Position numbers and translations under genes: made by a program. Of a stretch of DNA of 64,000 bases, positions 8,994 to 18,393 are shown piece after piece. Location: positions 32,001 through 96,000 of the forward strand of contig CAXXFF010000002.1 of NCBI GenBank assembly GCA_963676835.2, given 5' to 3'. Position 1 is the stretch's first letter; each line of letters starts with the position of its first letter. The notes under the pieces were generated by a model. The model made no database searches. It was not told where the DNA came from and was given only the letters and a program-made list of their open reading frames with translations. This DNA is from Marispirochaeta sp. (GTDB lineage Bacteria > Spirochaetota > Spirochaetia > JC444 > Marispirochaetaceae).

Positions 8994-11792
8994 ATGAAAA
9001 AACCGGTAATGTTTCGTTCCTTATACCTGTCCGCCCTGGTTCTTTTGAGCATTTGTATTGCACCGAAGCCCGCTCCACTCTCTGCACAGGTGCTTATGGC
9101 GGACTTCCCTGTTCTGCGCACCACCGGTGCCAGGTGGCTGAGCATTGAGACCGAACATTTTGAGATTGTGTATCCAGACGAGATGCAGCTGCAGGCGGAG
9201 CTCTCCGCCGAAGCACTGGAGCAAACAGCCGCCCTCTATAGTGAGGAGCTTAAGCTCACCGGTAAAAGCACCTTCACGGTTATCCTGGACCGTGCGGAGT
9301 TCACCCCCAACGGTTATGTGGTGATTCTTCCCCGGTCCAGCGTCTTCTACAGCCTCCCGGCGATAGATCAGAATATTGACTGGTATACCCTGCTTTCTGT
9401 TCACGAAGGCCGCCATATAGCCCAGATTAAGGCGGCAAACAGAGGAGTAACCCGGCTGCTGAATCTTGCCTTCGGCGATCAGGGACTGATACCCCTCTTC
9501 TTTGCCCCGGACTGGATATATGAAGGCGATGCGGTTATGGCGGAAACCCTCTATACAAACGGAGGACGGGGACGGAATCCCCTGTTTACCATGCCCGTAA
9601 AGGGGATGATTCTTGAGGATTCCATGCCCTCATATCAGACCATGATCCACGGATCCTATACGGGTCCCATGCCCAACGCCTACACCATGGGCTACCTGAT
9701 GTATGCCCACCTGCGGACGGCCTACACCAGGGATGCCCCCCGGCTGCTCGCCGAAGGCCTGGGCAGCCTGCCCCTGCCTCTGGCCGGAACCGCCCTGGGT
9801 ATGCACCGGGCGGCAGGAATTTCCGCATCCGATCTGTACAAAGAGAGTATTGAGACAGCCGCTTCCTTCTGGAGCAGCCAGGCCGCAATACTCCCTTCGG
9901 GAAGCAGCGTGCCGTTTATTCCCGATGATGAAGAACACCGTACTGAATACAGTATACAGCGGGAGCTTCACTACCTGAAAAACGGGAACATGGCAGTTTG
10001 GCAGTACAGTTATGCCCGGGGAAACGAGATTCTCCTGCTAAACAGAAGCGGCGAAGAACTTCAGCGTATTACCGCTTCACCCCACAGCGCCATGAGTGCC
10101 GGGGGAGGGTTTATTGCCTGGGATCAGCACCGCTCAGACCTGAAGTTCAGCGAATCATCCAACCGGATTCTGCTCTATTCTGCGGACACGGGAGAAACCC
10201 GGGCCGTTACCGGGTGGGGACGGGTTCTGAGTCCGGCATTAAACAGCAGTGGTAAATATCTTGCCTGTATAAACTGGAGCACAGACCAGAGAGGTACTCT
10301 CACCATAATGGAAACCGAAAACGGCACAGTTCTTTATGAGTGGCCCCTCCCGAAGGGTGAGTTCTGGCAGGAACTGGACTGGTCGGAGGATGACAAGAGC
10401 ATCTACTATCTGGCAACAGGCTCCTTCGGGCAGTATATCGGCAGTATAGAGACCGAAAGCGGCAGACATATCTCCATAGAGCACGGGGGAGAATATGTAT
10501 TCCGAACCCCCAGGTCGATTCCCGGAGGGCTCCTCTACACAGCATCCTATTCGGGGGTACCCGCAGTCTACCGCCTGATGAAAACTTCAAACGGATGGAC
10601 AGAGGGAGAACCGGAGCTCCTGTATCACGGACTAAGCGGCTCCTGGTCAGCGGAACTCTCCCCGGATCCGGATAAAAGGGGTATCGTTTTTATCGATTAC
10701 ACCGGCCGCAAAGGAAGCAGCATCAGATATGCCTCCCTGGAAAACTCAGGGATTCCCCTGAACGAAGTACCGGTGGTGAAGGAAGAGTTTTACCGTCCGC
10801 TGCTGGATCCACAAGCACAACCTGTTGCAGAGCAGAGCCCCATGCCGCAGTACAATCCGAAGGAATATTATTTCGGGTTAAACGGTCTGAAGCTCCACTC
10901 ATGGACTCTGCTTCCCCGCTCCGCTGACGTGCTGGATGAGCCTTCGGTGGGGCTGACCCTCCGTGCTGATTCGGTGGCTCATACATGGGCGCACGAAGCT
11001 GACTTTCTATGGAACGTTAATGAAGAGACCTTTTCTACCGCCTACACCCTTACCTACCGGGCACTGCGGCCGGATATTTCCCTTGGTACAGTCCTTGAAA
11101 ACAGAAGAACCGGAACTGAAGAATGGACGGAACTCTTCGGCAATGCCTCCATCAGCCTGCCCCTGGGAAAGTCTTACGGAACCCACAGCTGGAGCTTCGA
11201 ACCGGGAGTAGAGATTTCCGCCACAACAGAGCTTGATGAGCAGAATGATAATCCGGAAACTGCGGCAGCACTGACTCTGAACACCGGGATTACCGGCCCC
11301 TCATCCATGCAGAGCCTGCAGTCCCGCTGGGGGCTTCTAAGCGAAAATTACTATAATCCAGACGGGCACCTCTACTCCGGAGCAGCCCTGCTTCTGCCGG
11401 GTATAACCTTTCCCCAGGGTCTGCGCTTTACCGGCTTCTACGAAGAGAACAGCCTGGAAGAAAGTTCCTATGTTCCCTTTCCCCGGGGATGGGCTTATGA
11501 AAAACTGGAAAGGCTCTGGTCTGCCCGCAGCGACTACCGGCTGCCTCTGGGCTATCCGGATATTTCCTTAGGCAATTTCGCCACCCTTAAACGGGTTAGG
11601 GGAAAACTGTACGGAGACATGCTGGGAGATATGGATTCGGGAGATCTGTACCGTTCCGCCGGAGGAGAAATCAACTTTGACTTTCATCTCCTCCAGCTGC
11701 CGGTGGAACTATCCGCGGGAATCCGCCTCTTCTACCAGGTGGAGACGGAAAAGGCGGGGTTTCAGTTCCTGCTACTCGGCGGAGGAATCTGA
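8994..11792 (+). CDS. Exported protein: gluzincin-like HExxH domain + TolB/PD40-like beta-propeller + probable C-terminal beta-barrel
   Basis: Signal peptide; HEGRH...WIYEGDA; propeller-like repeats (SPALNSSGK, LDWSEDDKSIYY); amphipathic beta-strand pattern in the C-terminal third. Confidence 0.65.
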   Translation: MKKPVMFRSLYLSALVLLSICIAPKPAPLSAQVLMADFPVLRTTGARWLSIETEHFEIVYPDEMQLQAELSAEALEQTAALYSEELKLTGKSTFTVILDRAEFTPNGYVVILPRSSVFYSLPAIDQNIDWYTLLSVHEGRHIAQIKAANRGVTRLLNLAFGDQGLIPLFFAPDWIYEGDAVMAETLYTNGGRGRNPLFTMPVKGMILEDSMPSYQTMIHGSYTGPMPNAYTMGYLMYAHLRTAYTRDAPRLLAEGLGSLPLPLAGTALGMHRAAGISASDLYKESIETAASFWSSQAAILPSGSSVPFIPDDEEHRTEYSIQRELHYLKNGNMAVWQYSYARGNEILLLNRSGEELQRITASPHSAMSAGGGFIAWDQHRSDLKFSESSNRILLYSADTGETRAVTGWGRVLSPALNSSGKYLACINWSTDQRGTLTIMETENGTVLYEWPLPKGEFWQELDWSEDDKSIYYLATGSFGQYIGSIETESGRHISIEHGGEYVFRTPRSIPGGLLYTASYSGVPAVYRLMKTSNGWTEGEPELLYHGLSGSWSAELSPDPDKRGIVFIDYTGRKGSSIRYASLENSGIPLNEVPVVKEEFYRPLLDPQAQPVAEQSPMPQYNPKEYYFGLNGLKLHSWTLLPRSADVLDEPSVGLTLRADSVAHTWAHEADFLWNVNEETFSTAYTLTYRALRPDISLGTVLENRRTGTEEWTELFGNASISLPLGKSYGTHSWSFEPGVEISATTELDEQNDNPETAAALTLNTGITGPSSMQSLQSRWGLLSENYYNPDGHLYSGAALLLPGITFPQGLRFTGFYEENSLEESSYVPFPRGWAYEKLERLWSARSDYRLPLGYPDISLGNFATLKRVRGKLYGDMLGDMDSGDLYRSAGGEINFDFHLLQLPVELSAGIRLFYQVETEKAGFQFLLLGGGI

Positions 11793-13424
11793 AGCGAAAT
11801 CTTCAACTACCCGAAGAACCTCAGGCAAAAGCTGTTTTTTCCGGCTCAGTATGCCCGGGAGATAAAACTCATTGGGAGCAGTCTTCTTATAGATTAGCTT
11901 CTTGTCTGCTGCAAAGCCGCTGGAAAAGAGCACACTTTCTGCCTTCATTACATCCGAGACCAGGAGCATAACCCAATCCAGACTCTTCTCTGCAGCGGCT
12001 TTCTCGACCACAGCTACAAGGTTGTCGCGAATCTCCGGCAGATCCTCAAGGGTAACAACCTCCGCCTGGCCGATCCCGAAGCGGATGCCCTTTTCATCGT
12101 AGATCTTGAAATCAGAATTGAGAACCTCTTCGGGATTCCGGTTGCGGATGGAGCTTGAGTGGGTAAAAAGATCCTGGCCCCAGACCTTCCATTCAACCTC
12201 GGCAATACGGCTCAACTCCTCTACAGCCCGGACCTCTGCATCGGTTGTGGTGGGGGACTTGAGCATAACCGTATCTGCAAGTATTCCCGCAAGCATAAGG
12301 GATGCAACATGTTTCTCGATTGTAATGCCCCGGTAGAGGTACTCGTGGTAGACGATGGTACAGGTGCTGCCCACGGGTTCCATTTTCAGGGTAATGGGCT
12401 CCCGGGTCTTTTCAAAACCGAGGCGGTGATGATCCACCACCTCCAGAATCTTTGCCTCTTCCGCACCGGGAACGCTCTGGGCAATCTCATTATGATCAAC
12501 CAGAATCAGGCAGCGCTGAGGCTTGCCGATAAAACAGCGGCGGGTAACAATTCCGGAAAACTGGTCTCCCTCAAAAACCGGAAGACCGCGGTAGTCGGAA
12601 TTCACCAGTCTGGATTTAGCCACCTCGTAGTTTTCATCGCTCTGTACGGTAACCGGTTCGCTGTTGAGAATATCCTTAACCGGAGCGGAAAGCCTTAAGA
12701 GCCGGACAGTTTCGGCGGTATCTATATGAGAGACATAAACCGAACCCTTGTAGGAGGAGAAATCCACGGGAATAGCCCGGTCATCCTCCATACCGGTAAG
12801 AATAATTGCGGGGAACTCGTTTTCCACGGCATAGGAGATAATATCCTCCCGAAGCCCCACTATCAGAATGGGTTTAACATCCCCCAACTCCCGGATCCGC
12901 TGAATGCTTATCTCGTAGGGCATGGCTCCGATCATAATCGGGGCGGAAAACTCCCGGTCCTGACCTATGCGGTAGAAATAGCCGGGGACAACATCTTTGA
13001 AGTTATCCATAAGAAAACGGTAAGCCGGCCGGGTGTGCAGATTATCGCTCATAAGAAAGCGGGTTATCTCGTGGATACTTACAATGCCCTTGAACTCGTG
13101 CATGTCTTCAAAGACGGGGATCATGCTCAGGGTGCGTTCATCCAGCTCTTTTATGGCGGTATAGACCGGGTCGGTGATATCCAGGGTAATAACATCCCGC
13201 TTGGCCACATCCGCAACCTTGGGATAGACATCCTTTACCAGAGCTGGCGGCTCAACCCCGATGCTGTCGAAGACATACCGGGTCTGCTTATTGAGGGCGC
13301 CGCAGCGGATGGGTACATACCGCTTTTCTTTATCAATACTGTTCTTGAGCTCCGCATAGCAGTAGGCGGAACAGACGGAATCCATGTCGGGGTTCCGGTG
13401 TCCCGTAATATAGACTGTATTCAT
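11772..13424 (-). CDS. ppaC: Manganese-dependent family II inorganic pyrophosphatase with CBS/DRTGG insert
   Basis: GHRNPDMDS, LVDHN, DHH, GSTCT, SRKKQ motifs; CBS regions. Confidence 0.95.
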   Translation of the reverse strand: MNTVYITGHRNPDMDSVCSAYCYAELKNSIDKEKRYVPIRCGALNKQTRYVFDSIGVEPPALVKDVYPKVADVAKRDVITLDITDPVYTAIKELDERTLSMIPVFEDMHEFKGIVSIHEITRFLMSDNLHTRPAYRFLMDNFKDVVPGYFYRIGQDREFSAPIMIGAMPYEISIQRIRELGDVKPILIVGLREDIISYAVENEFPAIILTGMEDDRAIPVDFSSYKGSVYVSHIDTAETVRLLRLSAPVKDILNSEPVTVQSDENYEVAKSRLVNSDYRGLPVFEGDQFSGIVTRRCFIGKPQRCLILVDHNEIAQSVPGAEEAKILEVVDHHRLGFEKTREPITLKMEPVGSTCTIVYHEYLYRGITIEKHVASLMLAGILADTVMLKSPTTTDAEVRAVEELSRIAEVEWKVWGQDLFTHSSSIRNRNPEEVLNSDFKIYDEKGIRFGIGQAEVVTLEDLPEIRDNLVAVVEKAAAEKSLDWVMLLVSDVMKAESVLFSSGFAADKKLIYKKTAPNEFYLPGILSRKKQLLPEVLRVVEDFASDSSAE

Positions 13425-13432
13425 ACGGGAAC

Positions 13433-13461
13433 ACTATAAACCTGCCGGTACCCCATGACAA
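13433..13461 (-). promoter_or_regulatory. Sigma70-like promoter of ppaC (near-leaderless)
   Basis: TTGTCA-17 bp-TATAGT, ending 8 nt before the ATG; no SD. Confidence 0.6.
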
Positions 13462-13482
13462 GATTGGAACGAAAAAATATGC

Positions 13483-13875
13483 CTACTCGTCGGAAGGGTT
13501 ATCCATTCCTATGCCGGTTATCAGGACAAGCTGGGTATCATCCAGCGCTGCCTTCGACGAAGCCGTGCAATTTAACGTAACAGAACGTGTCGTTGAGCTG
13601 CCGGAACTCAGATAAAACTCTGAAGACCAGCCGGATGCATCAATACTTGAGTTGTTATCATAGTCTGCTTCAAAGTAAAAGCGCAGATCGGGGATATCAA
13701 AATCACCTTCGTTATCAACGTAATAGGTAATAACGATATCACCAGGAAGAGTAGTGTGTGAAACACTTACCACGTAATACTCAAGCTGAAGTTCCGAGTT
13801 GGGTTCCAGAATACATCCACTCAGTACAACTGCTGCTACCACTGAAAGCAGCAGCCCTTTTACAAACTTGTTCAT
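13483..13875 (-). CDS. Small hypothetical lipoprotein
   Basis: MNKFVKG...VLSGC lipobox; GAGG SD upstream. Confidence 0.8.
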   Translation of the reverse strand: MNKFVKGLLLSVVAAVVLSGCILEPNSELQLEYYVVSVSHTTLPGDIVITYYVDNEGDFDIPDLRFYFEADYDNNSSIDASGWSSEFYLSSGSSTTRSVTLNCTASSKAALDDTQLVLITGIGMDNPSDE

Positions 13876-13993
13876 ATTAAATACCTCGCATAAGAACGAT
13901 ATTGTTCACTTTTTGAACACTTAAAGCATACATCAGTGTTACAAAATTTCAAGGTTGGAGAATAAAAAAATCCAACAACCTTTTGTATTATTT

Positions 13994-14032
13994 TTGTATA
14001 CAATTGACGTACCATCGTATCTGACTTACAAT
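13994..14032 (+). promoter_or_regulatory. Sigma70 promoter with an adjacent TTGTATACAA palindrome (GntR-family-like operator)
   Basis: TTGTATACAA 13994-14003, TTGACG 14004-14009, 17 bp spacer, TACAAT 14027-14032. Confidence 0.65.
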
Positions 14033-14059
14033 ACAGGGACCACACAAAAGGAGTACATT

Positions 14060-15130
14060 ATGCCAGGAGTAGAAGGCGGAATAATCTTTCCCGCAGAAGA
14101 ACTGCGGAGCTGGACAGAGAAGATTTTCGAGAAAGCAGGCGTTCCAGCCAAAGATGCAGTGCTGGTCACCGATTCCCTTATTGAAGCAAACCTCCGGGGA
14201 GTAGATACCCACGGAATAACCAGAATGCTTAAGGTCTATGTGGACCGGATAAAAGCAGGCGTAATGAAGGCCGAAACAAAGTGTGACATTGTCAGAGAGA
14301 AGGCATCTACCGCACTGATCGACTGCAATAACGGTGTCGGCCAGGTTGCCTCCCACTTTGCCATGGATACAGCCATAGAGAAGGCTAAAACCACCGGAAC
14401 CGCCTTTGTGGCCACCACCCACTCCAACCATTTCGGCGCCGGAGCCTACTGGGCCATGAAAGCCCTTGAACACGGCATGATCGGCTTTGCCTGTACCAAC
14501 GGCCCCGCCTCCTTTGCTCCCACCGGCGGAACCTATCCAATGCTTGGAACCAACCCCTTCGCCGTTGCCATCCCGGCAGGCAAAGAGCTGCCCTTCGTCC
14601 TGGACCTGGCAACCACCGTGGTAGCCCGGGGACGGGTTATACTTCATGCAAAGCAGAATCTTCCCCTTCAGCCCGGCTGGGCCCTGGACGAAAAAGGCCG
14701 GCCCACAACCGATCCCCATGAGGCGGTGAAGGGCCTTCTGGCCCCCATCGGCGGCTATAAAGGGTACGGCATTGCCCTGGCCATTGATATTATCTCCGGC
14801 ATAATGACCGGCTCCAACTACGGAACTCACTTCCCCGGATTCCTTGCGGACAATATGGAAGATCCTTCCGATATTGGAAGCATCTTTGCAGCCATCAGCA
14901 TCGACAGCTTTATGGATCTGCCGGAATTCACCGCCGGCATCGATAAAGCCATTCAGGAGATCAAAGCCTGCCCCAAAGCCGAAGGTGTAGAGAAGATCTA
15001 CATTCCCGGAGAGATCGAAGCGGGTATCCGGGCAGAACGCCTGAAAGAGGGAATTCCCCTGCCGGAAGCGGTGGTGGAAGATTTTGCCGCCCTTGGAAAT
15101 ACCATGGGAATTGCCTTTCCCTCTCATTAA
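14060..15130 (+). CDS. Ldh_2 family (malate/L-lactate/ComC/AllD/YiaK-like) oxidoreductase
   Basis: RGVDTHG, SNHFG, GTNPFAVA, GGYKGYG, IPGE. ATG 14060 follows AGGAG. Confidence 0.93.
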   Translation: MPGVEGGIIFPAEELRSWTEKIFEKAGVPAKDAVLVTDSLIEANLRGVDTHGITRMLKVYVDRIKAGVMKAETKCDIVREKASTALIDCNNGVGQVASHFAMDTAIEKAKTTGTAFVATTHSNHFGAGAYWAMKALEHGMIGFACTNGPASFAPTGGTYPMLGTNPFAVAIPAGKELPFVLDLATTVVARGRVILHAKQNLPLQPGWALDEKGRPTTDPHEAVKGLLAPIGGYKGYGIALAIDIISGIMTGSNYGTHFPGFLADNMEDPSDIGSIFAAISIDSFMDLPEFTAGIDKAIQEIKACPKAEGVEKIYIPGEIEAGIRAERLKEGIPLPEAVVEDFAALGNTMGIAFPSH

Positions 15131-15178
15131 TTTGTGACCTCCCGGTAGACGTCCTCCTCGTTTTACCGGTTTATGCCT

Positions 15179-15221
15179 CCCCGGGACTGCTTTGTAGCCG
15201 GCAGTCCCGGGGTTTTCTTTT
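15179..15221 (+). terminator. Intrinsic terminator
   Basis: 12-bp stem CCCCGGGACTGC/GCAGTCCCGGGG followed by TTTTCTTTT. Confidence 0.85.
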
Positions 15222-15247
15222 ATCAGTTTTCTTTTCCCACCCTGCTA

Positions 15248-15276
15248 TTGCAATCTGTTCTCAATATTTATACACT
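15248..15276 (+). promoter_or_regulatory. Sigma70-like promoter for the ABC operon
   Basis: TTGCAA-17 bp-TACACT. Confidence 0.55.
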
Positions 15277-15351
15277 GATCCCGATCTGAGGAACCGGCTT
15301 TATCCCTGTTCCAAGGAGAAATCTTTATATCTGATCCAAAGGTAGGAACTG

Positions 15352-16149
15352 ATGGAGAAGAACCCCGTGTCCTCTGAGAAGAACTCTGCCGGCAGCAGAT
15401 CTATGCTTCAGATACTGCCGGTTCCGGCACTGATAGTCAGCATATACTGCCTGGTAAGTGCCTCAGGGATGGTTAGCCCATACCTCATACCCCCTCCAGA
15501 AAGGCTGCTTGCAAGCTTGCTCCGTCTTGCTTCAGACGGAACCCTGCTCATGCACATTGTCTCATCCTTCCGCAGGGTGTGCTTCGGATTTTGTGCTACC
15601 CTGCTCACCGCCATTCCCCTTGCAGGGCTCTTCTATTTTTCACCCCGTTACAGCGGCTTTCTCAAGGGAACAGTTCACCTTATGCAGAGCATTCCTCCCC
15701 TGGCCATGGTTCCCCTGCTGATCCTCTGGTTCGGCATCGGCGAAAGTTCCAAGATTGTGCTGATCATTCTTGCATCGTTCTTTCCGGTTTTTCTCAATAC
15801 CCTGAGCGGCCTTAATCAGGTTTCTCCCCAGCTCCTTGAGATGGGGAAAACACTGGAGCTGACTCCTTTCCAGAGTGTTGTACATATTCTTCTTCCCGAA
15901 GCCCTGCCCACCATACTCACCGGCATACGCATTGCCTTCGGATACAGCTGGAGAGCCCTTATCGGCGCGGAGATGATAGCCTCCTCAAGCGGTCTGGGCT
16001 ACATGATTCTTGATGCCCAGGAGATGGCCCGCACCGACCGAGTAGTTATCGGCATACTGACCATTGGCTTCCTCGGACTGGTGTTTGACAGCCTTTCGTT
16101 CCGCTGTATCCGCCGCTTTTTCCCCTGGATTCAGGAGGACGGCCTGTGA
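15352..16149 (+). CDS. ABC transporter permease, SsuC/TauC/NitT type
   Basis: IPPLAMVPLLILWFGIGE, LIGAEM, GLGYMI. Confidence 0.92.
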   Translation: MEKNPVSSEKNSAGSRSMLQILPVPALIVSIYCLVSASGMVSPYLIPPPERLLASLLRLASDGTLLMHIVSSFRRVCFGFCATLLTAIPLAGLFYFSPRYSGFLKGTVHLMQSIPPLAMVPLLILWFGIGESSKIVLIILASFFPVFLNTLSGLNQVSPQLLEMGKTLELTPFQSVVHILLPEALPTILTGIRIAFGYSWRALIGAEMIASSSGLGYMILDAQEMARTDRVVIGILTIGFLGLVFDSLSFRCIRRFFPWIQEDGL

Positions 16150-17039
16150 TGGAACAATTGTCTACCACATCACCCTCTATTACCGACTCATATAAAGGTT
16201 GCAAACCTCATGAAGGACACAAAGGACACAAAGGACAGAAAAACAGTCTTCTGAAAATTGAATCACTCTCCACGACCTTTCATATTCCCGGAACCCGGAT
16301 AACAGCCCTGAAAGATTTCAGCTGCACCATAGAGGCCGGAGAGTTTGTAACCCTGGTGGGTCATTCCGGCTGCGGGAAAAGCACCCTGCTGAAAACCATT
16401 ATGGGCCTACAGCAGCCCGATTCCGGGTGTATCGGTTTTTCCGGAATGGAAGGACGCTCTGCCATGGTCTTTCAGGAGCCGCGGCTTTTGTCTGCAAAAA
16501 CAGTTGAGAAAAATCTCCGCCTGGCTCTTAAACACCGAAAAAGCAGGGCCGGTGCGGATGAGGTGATAAACAGAACCCTTTCCATGCTGGGATTGTCCCC
16601 TTTCCGGCAGGCTTACCCCTCTCAGCTTTCCGGAGGAATGGCTCAGAGAGTAGCCCTTGGCCGGGCCCTCTGCCGGGAGCCGGAACTCCTGCTTATGGAC
16701 GAGCCTTTTGCAAGCCTTGACGCCCTGACAAGAGGCTGCCTGCAGGAGGAGCTCTCCGAAATACACCGGAAAAGCGGTGCAACCGTACTGTTTGTTACCC
16801 ACGATATCCGGGAGGCCCTCATTTTAGGCTCCCGGCTGCTGATAATGGCGTCCGGCTGCCTTATTCAGGATCTTGCAGTGGATCTCCCGTTTCCCAGAAA
16901 TCCCTCCTCCCGGGATTTCAATCATCTCTACGACACAGTTATCACCAGCCTGCATGCCAGCCAGCAAAACAGGAAAAACCCGGAGGAAAATCCGGATATT
17001 TCAATAATTCAATCACCTTCAGGAGTACCCCATGTCTAA
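16146..17039 (+). CDS. ABC transporter ATP-binding protein, SsuB/TauB type (alternative ATG at 16149)
   Basis: GHSGCGKS, LSGGMAQR, LLMDEPF, VTHD. Confidence 0.93.
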   Translation: MMEQLSTTSPSITDSYKGCKPHEGHKGHKGQKNSLLKIESLSTTFHIPGTRITALKDFSCTIEAGEFVTLVGHSGCGKSTLLKTIMGLQQPDSGCIGFSGMEGRSAMVFQEPRLLSAKTVEKNLRLALKHRKSRAGADEVINRTLSMLGLSPFRQAYPSQLSGGMAQRVALGRALCREPELLLMDEPFASLDALTRGCLQEELSEIHRKSGATVLFVTHDIREALILGSRLLIMASGCLIQDLAVDLPFPRNPSSRDFNHLYDTVITSLHASQQNRKNPEENPDISIIQSPSGVPHV

Positions 17040-18006
17040 TGTTGTCCGTAAAAATTATTCCTTCCTTCTTGTTCTTATGTTTTTATTTGCCGCCGCCCTC
17101 CCCTGCTTTGCCGGCGGACAGAGCGAGGAACAGCCGAAGACCATCCATGTATCCTATGTAAAATCACCCTTTAACCTGCCCATGATGGTGATGAAAAACC
17201 GAGGAATTCTGGAGTCCAACTTCGATAAGCTGGGAATAAGCGTGGAGTATCATGAGATTAACTCCGGGGCGCAGCAGGCCCAGGCAATGGCTGCGGGATC
17301 GCTGGATATCGGCGGGGTAATGAACACCACCTCCATTCTGCTGGCAAGGAGTGCCGGAAATGATATCCGCATTGTCAGCGGGTTCAGCAAACCGGTAAAT
17401 ATTTTTGCCATAGTCAGCGGCACCGCTGACATACAAACCGTAAACCAGCTTTCCGGAAAAAAGGTGGGCGGCCCCAAGGGAACGGTTCTGCACCAGCTTC
17501 TGGCAGCTGCTCTCGAGAAAGAGGGCATGAGCATGAACGACGTTGAGTTTATTCAGATGGGCCTTTCCCAGGCCTATACAGCCATGCTCGCAGGGCAGAT
17601 CGATGCCTCACTGTTGGCTGCAAACCTTATTATACATGCTCAGAAGGAAGGTGCAGCGGTTCTGGCAACTGCCGACGGACTTATTGTTCCCAAACTGGTT
17701 ATAGCCTGCCGGGGCGGCTTTATTGATGCTCACCCGGACCTGGTAGATCTCTATCTTGCCAGCCACCGGGAGGCATCCGCATGGATGGAGTCGCACCTGG
17801 AGGAAGCCTTAAGAATGGGTGCTGATGAGCAGGATATAAGCCTGGAAGAGGCAAAGCAGCTCTATGAATGGACCCGTTTCAGCGACACACTGGATGATGC
17901 AGATATTGTGAGTATGCAGGAAGATATCGATTTTATGCTGGAAAACGAAATGCTCGAATCAGATATATCTGCTGAATCATGTTTTGCTGAGTCTGCGCTG
18001 CGGTAA
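17032..18006 (+). CDS. ABC substrate-binding protein, SsuA/NMT1-like
   Basis: Signal peptide; QAMAAGSLDIG, LSGKKVGGPKGT; operon context. Confidence 0.88.
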   Translation: MSNVVRKNYSFLLVLMFLFAAALPCFAGGQSEEQPKTIHVSYVKSPFNLPMMVMKNRGILESNFDKLGISVEYHEINSGAQQAQAMAAGSLDIGGVMNTTSILLARSAGNDIRIVSGFSKPVNIFAIVSGTADIQTVNQLSGKKVGGPKGTVLHQLLAAALEKEGMSMNDVEFIQMGLSQAYTAMLAGQIDASLLAANLIIHAQKEGAAVLATADGLIVPKLVIACRGGFIDAHPDLVDLYLASHREASAWMESHLEEALRMGADEQDISLEEAKQLYEWTRFSDTLDDADIVSMQEDIDFMLENEMLESDISAESCFAESALR

Positions 18007-18034
18007 AACAGAGAATAAACGCCTGTCCGCTTTC

Positions 18035-18277
18035 TTAGAATTTCATCAGGAATGGAACAGTAGATTCATCAATTTCGTGGACACTGTTGCGGATCTCCTG
18101 TTCCATCCACCACTTATCGTCGAAGTGCCGGGTCTCCTCCTTAATTACCCTGCGGAAAAGCGGATTATAGATAAAGACCCGGCCGCTTACGGTTCTGCCC
18201 TCATCAACCTCGGTAATGTGGTAATAGCGTTCTTCCCGTTCGCCGCCAAACTCCTTGTACCAGCGGGATTCCTTCAT
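18035..18277 (-). CDS. Small hypothetical protein (80 aa)
   Basis: ORF from ATG 18277 fills the intergenic gap. It is preceded by TTGCCC-17 bp-TACCAT ending 6 nt before the ATG. Confidence 0.6.
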   Translation of the reverse strand: MKESRWYKEFGGEREERYYHITEVDEGRTVSGRVFIYNPLFRRVIKEETRHFDDKWWMEQEIRNSVHEIDESTVPFLMKF

Positions 18278-18393
18278 ACTTTTATGGTAATTCCCGGACT
18301 CTTTCAGGGCAAGGAAAAAACTCCCTTTCAGGCTTGATCTCCCCCGCCCGGGGGGATTACCATGGAGACCAGTTCCCGCAAAGGAGTCTGCCC

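Noticed and set aside
11772..11792. Short convergent 3' overlaps (also 19817-19833, 30344-30351, 54176-54200)
   Set aside because: Common in compact genomes; nothing else suggests antisense regulation.
13988..15127. 379-aa minus-strand ORF
   Set aside because: Mirror of the Ldh_2 gene, explained by codon bias on the sense strand.
15277..15351. TPP-riboswitch-like words (CTGAG, CTGAT, GTAGG) in the ABC operon leader
   Set aside because: The required stems and the AUACC/GCG elements are missing; an Infernal scan would be needed to support it.
16212..16240. 9-bp tandem repeat (AAGGACACA, about 3 copies) giving HEGHKGHKGQK
   Set aside because: Short in-frame slippage in a disordered N-terminal extension; no evidence of function.
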